Positions 26,280 to 36,873 of a DNA stretch of 64,000 bases are shown here, piece after piece. The position numbers and the translations under genes were made by a program. Source of the stretch: Octopus sinensis (lineage: Eukaryota); assembly GCF_006345805.1 (NCBI RefSeq), contig NC_043004.1:2356001-2420000 (forward strand). Reading direction: 5' to 3'. Under the pieces are notes generated by a model. It was not told the DNA's origin. It saw nothing but the letters and a program-made list of their open reading frames with translations, and did no database searches. How positions within the stretch are numbered: position 1 is the stretch's first letter; every line of letters starts with the position of its first letter.

Positions 26280-27376
26280 TCTATATACATATATATTTAT
26301 GTACATACATTTACACATTAACGCACAATAGCATGAATAAGAAAACTCGAAAGTTATTTGTAAACAAGAGTAAAATTTTGAAAAATATTATGAATAAAAA
26401 ATTACAAGGAAACACGAAGGAGGACGCGAAAAACATTTCAAGAATATGGATAGGTGTGGCTTTTTGAATAAAATTTATGCCAGTAGCGAGTGGTGACAAG
26501 GGCGACATCGATTATAATTATCTTGATGATGATGATGATGATGATGACGACGACGACGACGATTGAGGGTGATGAATGCAATACTTTTCTCCATAGATTA
26601 ACAGACGTGAACGATGTAGTAGACAGAATGAGTATTATAGTAGGGTTAGAGTAATGGAATTAAAAATGTAATTTGAAATTTGAAATTAAAAAAAAATACT
26701 AGTCTATGCTTGATAAGGATTTAGAGTAATAAAGGGGTATCTGTGTGTGGGGGTGTGCGTGTACGTGGATGGGGTGGAGTAGAAGGGCTGGGGGTGTGTG
26801 TAACATTTACCCATAACTCCAGTAGCAATACACACTTAGGTCACCAATGCTGTTTTGTGGACAACATATTCTGATTTCTTAATGATGTCGTAGCATACAG
26901 AATATGCACTTTTCTTACGTTTTTATTAATTTCTTATTTCTTTCTTTTTTTTTTTTCAATTTCCAATTTTTTTCCACGGGGAATTATTTCGTTAATAAAA
27001 TAAAATATTTTTTAAAAAATTGTCTGTAACTTTTTTTTATTTATATTGTATAATAATTTTTGTCCAATTTGTATGATTATTTGGAAATTATTTACAACTC
27101 TACATATATTTTACTAAAACGTCTAAATTAGTTTCTCTGGAAGTTAAAAAGTAAAGTATGTAATTGTACGCATACACAATATTTACGTACATATATCTGC
27201 ATAATCGCCTACCACACGCACACACACACATATACATACACAGATATATGCGTGTGAGTGTGTGCCTGCGTGTATATGTGCTTGTGTGTATGTGAGTGTG
27301 TGAGTGTCTGTGTGTGCTTTGGGAACGATAGTACTTATAAATATAATTCACGTTGCTCAATATATATTGTGAATAT

Positions 27377-27792
27377 AAGGCGGCAAGCTGGCAGAAACGT
27401 TAGCACGCCGGGCGAAATGCTTAGCGGTATTTCGTCTGCCGTTACGTTCTGAGTTTAAATTCCGCCGAGGTCGACTTTGCCTTTCATCCTTTCGGGGTTG
27501 ATAAATAAAGTACCAGTTACGCACTGGGGTCGATGTAATCGACTTAATCCGTTTGTCTGTCCTTGTTTGTCCTCTCTGTGTTTAGCCCCTTGTTGGTAGT
27601 AAAGAAATAGGTATTTCGTCTGCCGTTACGTTCTGAGTTCAAATTCCGCCGAGGTCGACTTTGCCTTTCATCTTTTCGGGGTTGGTAAATAAAGTACCAG
27701 ATTCGCACTGGGGTTGATGTAATCGACTTAATCCCTTTGTCTCTACTTGTTTATCCCCTCCATGTTTAGCCCCTTGTGGGCAGTAAAGAAAT
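27377..27792 (+). mobile_element. SINE family B with tandem partial second monomer
   Basis: Monomer 27377-27609 plus a head-less monomer 27610-27792, both inside one 17-bp TSD atatatattgtgaatat (27360-27376, 27793-27809). Confidence 0.9.
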
Positions 27793-28027
27793 ATATATAT
27801 TGTGAATATTTTTTTAAACAATGTTCCGCGCCTTAAACAGTAACTCCTGTGTTTATGTCCATAGTTGCCTACTGCTTAAGACCTAAACTGTTTTGGACAT
27901 TTACCCGAGCTAAATTTATTTTAATTTATTCAAATTACAGTAACAGACATTTATTTGTAATGCTTTTCTAATCCCCCCCCCCAAAAAAAAATATGTTACT
28001 TAACTGGAAGGCTTGGTTAGACTATAC

Positions 28028-28066
28028 TAAGCTGATGAGATTTAATAGACCGAAACATCTCCATTG
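28028..28066 (+). ncRNA. Degenerate hammerhead-like motif
   Basis: CTGATGA gatttaatagacc GAAA catc TC: core intact, but all three helices are eroded. Confidence 0.3.
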
Positions 28067-29008
28067 ACCCCCACCCCCAGCATACACTATTTGTCTTTTG
28101 AGGAACTGATGTTTGATTTCTTGAAATTGCCTCCCGTTTTCTATGAAAATCTCAAACACAGACATTGTGCCTTTTTGAATGAGGTGCGTTTAAATTAAAA
28201 TTTCTGTGTGAACTTTGAATGTACACACATATATATGGGAGTAAACACAAAAGTATAACACGAATATACTTGATCCTTTGTGTCTATGTGTACGTGAGTA
28301 TACATACATGGTTTGGGGACATGTGTGTGCATGGTAGTGTATGCATGTGTACGTGAATGTGTGTGTGTGTGTCCTAGTCGATTGTTGAGAGTGCACAACC
28401 ATATAAGAACGATGGCTTGAAAACAACTATTTTTTCTTTTCAAATACCAGTGTAGCCATTGTTTAAACAAAATCCGAAGAAATTTGAATGAGGGCGGTAA
28501 CAGTTTCAACGGAACTTTTAGTACGATATATGCACAGCACTACATACATCGTAGGAAAATATGACACTCTTTGAATTCCATCTCCTGGTACCAAAGAAAA
28601 GGACGGTGGATTTCAAGTATTTAATTAATATCTGTATATATGTACATATGCGTATGCATATTCTAAAAAAACCCATAAAAATATGCATTTTCTTTATAAA
28701 CCAACAATATATATTTAAGGAGCAAAGATGTCTAATGAATAGCAGGTTCTAATTACCAACTCAATGATCGTAAACGTATAACTCAGTGCTAAAATTATAC
28801 TTTCAGGCATAATGTATTAAAGGACGTTATACATGCAAAGTATTAGCAGACGCTGAAGGGAGTAAATAAATTGGTATTACGTTTCGAGCAAAGCTCTTCT
28901 TCAGAAACAGGAGACAAAGGAAGACAGAAGAAAAAATCACCAACAATTCACACGTGGTTATATTTTTCCCCCGTCTTCTTTTTCTCTTGGACTTTCTTCT
29001 GACTCCTT

Positions 29009-29041
29009 TTTCTGAAGACGAGCTTTGCTCGAAATCTAAAA
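29009..29041 (+). ncRNA. Ultra-minimal hammerhead-like motif
   Basis: ttt CTGAAGA c GAGC ttt GCTC GAAA tc TA aaa. Same architecture as 8418 and 47134. Confidence 0.5.
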
Positions 29042-29241
29042 CCACCTTTCTTTCCTTCCCTGACCGACTTTTAATACTTTGCATGTACCACGTTCTCGCG
29101 TTGTTGTTTTGTTATTGTTCTCCGTCTTTTTTGGGAGGTGGGATTTACTATTCTGACTGACTTTGGAGTACCTAATTCGCGGAATTATTCTTACCATTAC
29201 ATTATCTTGTTCATTCGGAATACGTCATTTCTGCACCTTGA

Positions 29242-29314
<73 letters not shown>

Positions 29315-29329
29315 TGAGAGAGAGAGAGA

Positions 29330-29369
<40 letters not shown>

Positions 29370-29924
29370 CACGGCAATTTCGGAAGAGTATGGAATCGTA
29401 CGCTTGAATTTGTATATATGTGTTTCTATATATTTTCCTAACGAAATCTTATCCCCCAAATATATGTCAGACATGTGTAGTATTATATCTCCACTCAACA
29501 GCTAGTTACTTATTATTTATCTCTCAAGGTAGATATGTAACGAGTTTCTCTAACATTTCAGTGCTTAGAATTATTTGCAATGCATGATTAATTCTATTTA
29601 ATGTAACCTTTCAACTATGAAACCAACTGAAGCGAAACATATATCACAGTTATGCTCCACTGTAGATCCCAAGCGCAGATCCCCACAAACCTTGGGAAGT
29701 AGGCGTCCGTTTCGCCATAGAAGTAACAGCGACAACAGTAGCAACAGTATTATAAGATTCTGATAAGCATCATAAGTAAACCCGTCCGATGTATTATATG
29801 ATTAGGAGACGGTTCGTTTAGCCAAACTAAAATATTAATGATAGAATTACGAGTAATCAGCTCCCCAGAAGGCATAGCTAACGACAAATTCTCGCTTCTA
29901 TATTTTGTCTTCATTAAGGCGTAG

Positions 29925-30075
29925 AGCTGGCAAAATCGTTAGAATGGCCGACAAAATGCTTAGTAACATTTCAACTGTCTTTAAGTTTTTAGTTCACTGT
30001 CTTTAAGTTTTTAGGTCGACTTTAATTTTCATCCCTTCGAGGTTGATCAAATAAGTACCCGGTGAGCACTGAGGT
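29925..30075 (+). mobile_element. SINE family B, degenerate
   Basis: aaggcgtagagctggcaaaatcgttag...aaaatgcttag...gtcgacttt...ataagtacc. Confidence 0.6.
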
Positions 30076-30147
30076 CTACCGTGCCCTAAATTGCTGGTCT
30101 TGTGCCTAAATTTGAAACTATTATCATTATCATTACTATTATTATTA

Positions 30148-30222
<75 letters not shown>

Positions 30223-30248
30223 CATTATTATTATTATTATTATTATTA

Positions 30249-30788
30249 AGTGAGAGAGCAGTTCATGCCATCAAAGTGACACTGGGGTAAAATATACGAA
30301 GCCCAATATACCCATCATGACTACCCGTCTGATAAAGGTACACCAGGCACATGCATCACAACCATATGTGCGCGACATGGTGATCTCATATCAAGATAAA
30401 CAGCACATGACCTTGCAGGTGGGGCCCAGTTAGAATTTTCTTCAGGTTGAGTAGCCCATCCCGCTCAAAAGGTCCCTGAATAAGAGTTGTTTAAGGATGT
30501 TGAAAGAACTACCCATGTTTCCAGAGGTGAATTATTCAAACCCCAAAGAATCCCTCTCAACACATGGCTATGATGCTCCCCCACTACTTCTGCTCGTGAT
30601 CAGAGATGCACATATCGTCAGCCACTAAGGGACATGCTCAACTGGTTAAAGTCAAACAACTGACAAGCAAATCTGTGGTATTCAGCAGAATATTTGCTGT
30701 AGCCCATCTTTTATACCAAGACAAAACAATGTACATGATAACACTTCCAATCAGTTAAGATCAGAAGCCATGAGAGCCTCTGCCTGGT
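30249..30788 (-). mobile_element. Repeat 'D' copy inside a (TAA)n array
   Basis: Flanked on both sides by (ATT)n. Lacks about 18 nt of the 5' end seen in the two full copies. Confidence 0.9.
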
Positions 30789-30796
30789 TATTATTA

Positions 30797-30861
<65 letters not shown>

Positions 30862-31098
30862 GCCTTTACACAGCTTCTAACGCTCGAGATGTACTACTGT
30901 GTCAGCTGTTCACTACCAGTGAACTACGGTAACACCCCTTATTTTTTGACCACCTTCCGGAGTATTCGAGCGTTTCCAAGCATTGCTGTTATCAGCAAGT
31001 GCTCCACCCTTTTTGCAGCCCCTATTTCTTCCATGTACTTCTCGAGAATTTTGCTCACTGTTCCCAAGGCTCTGACAATTATTGGTACTACTACTACC
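30862..31098 (-). mobile_element. R4/Dong LINE family A, 5'-truncated 3' end
   Basis: VVVPIIVRALGTVSKILEKYMEEIGAAKRVEHLLITAMLGNARILRKVVKK*. The 3' UTR is shared with 36874-36950 and runs into (TAA)n. Confidence 0.9.
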
Positions 31099-31120
31099 TT
31101 ATTATTACTACTACTACTAT

Positions 31121-31158
<38 letters not shown>

Positions 31159-31196
31159 ATAATAATAATAATAATAATACTATTATTATTATTATT

Positions 31197-31274
<78 letters not shown>

Positions 31275-32145
31275 GAGTGAGTGAGAGAGCAATGTATGCC
31301 ATCAAAATGACGCCGGGGTAGAATATACGAAGCCCAGTATACCCATCATGACTACCCGTCTGGTAAGGGTTCACCAAGCATATGCATCACAACCATATGT
31401 GCGCGACTTAGTGATCTCATATTAAGATAAACAGCACATGACCTTGCAGGAGGGGCACAGTTACAATTTTCTTCACGTCGAATAGTCCATCCCGTTCAAA
31501 GGATCCCTGGATAATGGTTGCTTAAGGAGGATGAACAAAACACCCATGTTTCCAGAGGTGAATTATTCAAGTCCCAAAGAATTCTTTTTATCACATGGCT
31601 ATGATGTTACCCCGCAACTTCTGTTCATAATCAGAGATGCACATATCGTCAGCCACTAAGGGACATGCTCAACTGGTTAGTGTTGTGAGAATGCAATGAC
31701 CTGTGTGTATGCACGTTTATGTTGTTTATGATTACATGTTTATACGAATATATACTTGCTGTTCATGTATGTATTTTTTTTATATGTAACTATTTTCGCT
31801 AGCTTTCCATTACCAAACTGCATCATGTCGTTTTCGTTAACTCATTCTCAACTTGCTGACGAAAATTATTATTTGTCTACCGTATCTGACAAAGAAGTTG
31901 AATGAAGCCTTATTTCCAATACGACAATTCTGTTCTCCTTCTAAACGCTCGTCAGTCTGAAATTGTCCGTTCTGTATTCTGGTATTTACATTTCAGTTAT
32001 GGTCAAGCAACTGGCCAGCAAATCTATAGTATTGAGCTGTAGCCCATCTTTTATACCAAGACAATACAATGTACCTGATAACACTTCAAATCAGTTAAGA
32101 TCAGAAACCATGACAGCCACTCTCTGGTACTGCATCAGGGCATTT
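31275..32145 (-). mobile_element. Repeat 'D' full-length copy interrupted by a 315 bp insertion
   Basis: D sequence at 31275-31680 resumes at 31996. Same 5' boundary (aaatgccctga) as the 18841 copy. Confidence 0.85.
31681..31995. mobile_element. Candidate solo LTR
   Basis: Starts TG, ends CA, and is flanked by gttag and gttat (4 of 5 match; the uninterrupted D copies read gttaa). Confidence 0.55.
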
Positions 32146-32154
32146 AATATTATG

Positions 32155-32213
<59 letters not shown>

Positions 32214-32298
32214 TATTTTCCTCCTCCTCCTCCTCCTCCTCATCATCATCATCATCATTATCATCATCATCATCATTATTATTATTATTATTATTATT

Positions 32299-32550
32299 GA
32301 GTGAGAGAGCAGTTCATGCCATCAAAGTGACACTGGGGTAAAATATTCGAAGCCCAATATACCCATGATGACTACCCGTCTGATAAGAGTACACCAGGCA
32401 CATGCATCACAACCATATGCGCGCGACATGGTGATCTCATATTAAGATAAACAGCACATGACCTTGCAGGTGGGGCCCAGTTAGAATTTTCTTCAGGTTG
32501 AGTACCCCATCCGGCTCAAAAGGTCCCTGAATAAGGGTTGTTTAAGGATG
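32299..32550 (-). mobile_element. Repeat 'D', 5'-truncated copy
   Basis: Only the 3' ~250 bp, with (ATT)n on both sides. Confidence 0.9.
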
Positions 32551-32613
<63 letters not shown>

Positions 32614-32616
<3 letters not shown>

Positions 32617-32801
32617 TAGTTTTATTTTTATAGCGTGCTTTCACTTCACTACCGAGCACAGCTCTGTGTGCCTTGGGTATGTGCTGTGATTTGTTGTGAT
32701 GCTCTGATGGTTATTGTATGGAAAGTGTTCTGCGTAGGATGTGTGCAGTGCCTAGTAGTGCAATTTTATGTATGTTATATGTGTTTGTAAGTCCTGGTGT
32801 T

Positions 32802-32838
<37 letters not shown>

Positions 32839-33067
32839 TATTATTATATTATATTATTATTATTATTATTATTCAGTAGTTTTATTTTTATAGCGTGCTT
32901 TCACTTCACTACCGAGCACAGCTCTGTGTGCCTTGGGTATGTGCTGTGATTTGTTGTGATGCTCTGATGGTTATTGTATGGAAAGTGTTCTGCGTAGGAT
33001 GTGTGCAGTGCCTAGTAGTGCAATTTTATGTATGTTATATGTGTTTGTAAGTCCTGGTGTTTTTGTT
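32614..33067 (-). mobile_element. Two tandem 5'-truncated R4/Dong family B 3' ends (32614-32807, 32874-33067)
   Basis: Encode ..NIHKIALLGTAHILRRTLSIQ* plus the 3' UTR shared with 36246-36400. Same truncation point in both, separated by (ATT)n. Confidence 0.9.
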
Positions 33068-33100
33068 ATTATTATTATATTATTATTATTATTATTATTA

Positions 33101-33160
<60 letters not shown>

Positions 33161-33790
33161 CCTAACTCCACCTGAGTTATTTATATCATGTCTCAACTCC
33201 ATACTACAGCTTAGGGATGCGACACTTTTCTCAACACATGCGCTGTTCCAAGTATCGCTTCCATCTATGTAATTCGTATAAAGTCTGGTATTTGCAGCTT
33301 TTAATGCTAGAATATTGCTTTCTTTTGATATGGTCTCAAGTGCACTCACTGATCACAAAAGAATACCACATTCACATTTGATGCATGTCACACTCAATGC
33401 AAGGTCTTGGCACTCTCCGACTTTCTTATCCATTGTCTTTATAATATTCTGATCTGCAAGCATAGCTACGTCTCTGAAGTTTCATTCTTTGAACTCTTTT
33501 GTGTAGGAGATTGATATCTGGACGGTTGTGTTGCGCCTTCATATCTCTGTTGATTGGCATCTTCTACGTGAGTTTCACCTGATCATTCTCTGCTACTGGC
33601 AAATGTTGGTGTAACATTTTAGTTCATACTTCTTGCACAGCTTTGACATGGCGCTTTTTGTACTCTTTTGAGGTCAATTTGTAATATCTACTAATTATAT
33701 AGACCCATACGATTTTTCGCACACACAGCACAAAGGTAATACTGCTGTCTTATCAACGCTACATTTGAATGCGTTGGTTCGTGAAACTGG
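33161..33790 (-). mobile_element. R4/Dong LINE family C, decayed 3' fragment
   Basis: Frameshifted remnants RTNAFKCSVDKTAVLPLCCVCEK (zinc knuckle), HNRPDINLLHKK and SALETISK. The 3' end runs into (TAA)n. Confidence 0.7.
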
Positions 33791-33810
33791 TCCTTCACCA
33801 GCAGGAATCA

Positions 33811-33872
<62 letters not shown>

Positions 33873-33899
33873 CATTATTATTGTTGTTGCTGTAGTTGT

Positions 33900-34324
33900 T
33901 GTTAATATTCCTTCGTAACACTGTAGGTAAAAATGCACCGAAGTCTTTAATCATCTGCAAACTCACAACAATGACGTCAGACAGATAGTACTTTCCTTAA
34001 GTTGAGCGCTGTGTCCAATAAGGCTGCTTTTTGCAAAACATCAATCTTGCATGGGATTTCCAGTTGTCTTAAGAATTCTTGAAATTTCACTGGGATTGAG
34101 CCCAACTCTCCAATCACCACAAACATCATTTTTACATTACCTTCTCGCATTCCATAGAGTCTTGTCATTTCCATTTTCAGTTCGGAGTACTTGGTGATTT
34201 TTCTAACCTCTTTACTCACACCATTCATGTCATTTGGTATGGCTACATGAATGATCTGACATAATTTGTTTCTCTTATTCAAGATGACAATATCCAGCCG
34301 ACGGTGTTCGATTACACGATCCAT
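33900..34324 (-). mobile_element. R4/Dong LINE family E, endonuclease domain and 3' UTR
   Basis: ORF 33977..34324: HRRLDIVILNK..CQIIHVAIPND..KITKYSELK..VVIGELGSIP..LQKAALLDTALNLRKVLSV* is an R4-clade restriction-like endonuclease. Confidence 0.85.
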
Positions 34325-34550
34325 CTGAAATCAAAGTGCCAGAGTATCGTTACCTTTCTTCAAACGTTAACTGCAAACGTAAACACACTGTATATGAAAA
34401 GAAAGAATGGTGGCAGAGGACTAATTAGTATAGACCATTTTATAAGGAATGGAAGGAGAACGCTTTGCCGTGTATCTGATATGCAGTGACAAATATCTGC
34501 TGCAATATACCCGGTCCCATATTATTATTGATATTTTAAATGCCACAGGC
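34325..34550 (+). mobile_element. R4/Dong post-RT fragment in opposite orientation
   Basis: ANVNTLYMKRKNGGRGLISIDHFIR matches the DxDRLYxxRxxGGRGL motif. Confidence 0.7.
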
Positions 34551-34610
34551 AGAACGATACGGTGATAATGATAATCACTGTGGTTATAGAGGAGTCTCAA
34601 TGCAAGCACG

Positions 34611-34731
<121 letters not shown>

Positions 34732-34829
34732 CATACATATATTTATATGTATGAATGTACATACATGTGCACGTGTATATACAAATAAAGAGAGGAAAAG
34801 AGATGGGATCTCAATTATAACTCTCGTGC

Positions 34830-35345
34830 AAACCCCGCGAACGACTATGGAAATCATGATGCAACACAATGAAAGAATTAACGGCAAGAATGAAGTTATA
34901 GCCGATCACGGTGACGGTTTCCCGCCCGGCACATCCGAAACCGCCCGGACGGTCGTTGTGTCACAACGGATCACAAACGCGGTGTGCGCAAAAACAGACA
35001 TAAGTGGACGAAGGAAGAGTATGACACTTATTGAATGTCATGAAAGATCGAAGCTGGAAAGAAATTGTGGAGTAGGCCGACGTAGCTTGAAAGTTTAGAT
35101 GAAAAAGGACATGCGTCCAATGTCAGAAAAAAAACTAATGAACGAAGCAAGAGTGATTAGTGGGAAGGAGTACTTAACTGGAGTAGAAATACTCGGATTA
35201 ATGAGACTCTCAGAGACCCTAGGCTACAAAGGATGGTCGGAGTTGAAAACAAAGTGGTGGGATTTGAATGCAGAGAGAAGAGTAGACAGGAGGAACAGGG
35301 GAATAGTGACGGGGCTGTCGTGGATGAGGAGCAGGGACGTTTTAC
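34830..35345 (+). mobile_element. R4/Dong N-terminal fragment in opposite orientation
   Basis: RKNRHKWTKEE..LIECHERS..MSEKKLMNEARVISGKEYLTGVEI resembles the R4/Dong N-terminal RxKWT/EQRLxDQAR region. Confidence 0.6.
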
Positions 35346-36200
35346 AGTTTTGAGTAACTTCTGATGGGAAGGCTTTGGTCTTGTGCTACAATTAATATTT
35401 CTGCTTTGAGCCCTAAGCTTCTCTGCTATTGTCGGGATTTTGCTTTGTCTATTTCTTTTCTGTGTAGTTTAATCCAGTATTTGACACGAAGGAGCTTTCC
35501 TTGCCATCGTTTTATCATGATCCGTTGCTAATCTAGTTTTAGTTTGGATTTCTGTTGTCTTACAGCTTTTGTTACTTTTTCTTTTTCTTAATAGTTGTTA
35601 GATACTATGAATTTCTTTTGTATTTGTCAGTTACCTTAAAGACTGAAAATAGATTTTTTTGGTCGTGTTTTGTGGCAATTTTTAGTAGTTTTCCTTTCTT
35701 CCGATGTAGGTATTTCTGTAATCCTATGGTGGTTATTTTATAATAGTTTCCTAGCTGTATAAGGCCTCTACCACCGTCGATACGTTGTATATATATATAT
35801 CCCTTCTATATCAGATTTTGAGTGACGCATCCTAAATCCTGTCATTATTTTTCTTGTTTTCCTGTCTATTTTGATTAGTTCATTTAGTGTCCAGTTCAGG
35901 ACATTGTAGCTGTAACTTATAACTGGGACAGCTAGAGTGTTGATACCTATTTTCTTGTTTTTAGCATTGAGCTCTGTTTTCGGTATTAATCTGAATCGTC
36001 GATAGTGTTCTTTTCTTATTTTCCCTTTCATTTGTGAAAGTTGTGTCGTATCTAGTTCATTGATTCCTAAATATTTGCATGACTCGCTTTGGTCTAATTC
36101 TCTTATTTCATTTGCGTCATCGAGTGTCATGTTGCTACTCTTGACTAGTTTTCCTCTTTTCAAGGTTGCTTTGGCACATTTTTATGAGACGTATTTCATG
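35345..36200 (-). mobile_element. R4/Dong RT C-terminal and post-RT fragment
   Basis: MKRGKLVKS..CKYLGINE..TELNAKNKKIGINTLAVPVISYSYNVLNW..IDRKTRKIMT, continuing GGRGLIQL..GLKAEILIVAQDQSLP. Confidence 0.85.
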
Positions 36201-36245
<45 letters not shown>

Positions 36246-36248
<3 letters not shown>

Positions 36249-36730
36249 TAGTTTAATTTAATTATATCGTGCTTTCGCTTCACTACCGAGCGCAGCTCTG
36301 TGTGCCTTGGGTATGTGCTGTGGTTTGTTGTGATGGCTACTGTATTGAAAGCGTTTTACGTAGGATGTGTGCAGTGCCCAGTAGTGCAATTTTCTGTATG
36401 TTATATATACTTGTAAGTCATGGTGTGTTTGTTATGTATTTGTCTGAATATTTTTTTATCATAACTTATGCGCCTACTATCATAGGAATTGTTTCTGTTT
36501 TTAGATTCCATAGTCGAGTTACCTCTATTTCCAGGTCTTTGTATTTTGAAAGCTTCTCCATTTCTTTTAGAGAAACGTTGTCGTCTGCTGGTATTGATAC
36601 ATCAATTAAAAAGCATTTTTTTCTTCATGATCTCTGACAACTAGTTTGTTGGCCTTAATTTCTCTATTTGTGTGTATTGGCATATCCCACAGGATGGTTG
36701 CTTTCCCGTTTTCTGTGACCTTTTCTGGTG
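36246..36730 (-). mobile_element. R4/Dong family B endonuclease and 3' UTR
   Basis: Minus-strand PEKVTENGKATILWDMPIHTNREIKANK..CFLIDVSIPADDNVSLKEMEKLSKYKDLEIEV..KIALLGTAHILRKTLSIQ*. Confidence 0.9.
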
Positions 36731-36781
36731 TTGTTGTTGTTGTTGTTATTATTATCATTATTATTATTATTATTATTATTA

Positions 36782-36831
<50 letters not shown>

Positions 36832-36873
36832 TTATTATTATTATTATTATTATTATCATTATTATTATTTTAT

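Noticed and set aside
29617-29763. Short ATG-initiated ORF MKPTEAKHISQLCSTVDPKRR..
   Set aside because: No recognisable homology, and the length is within chance expectation.
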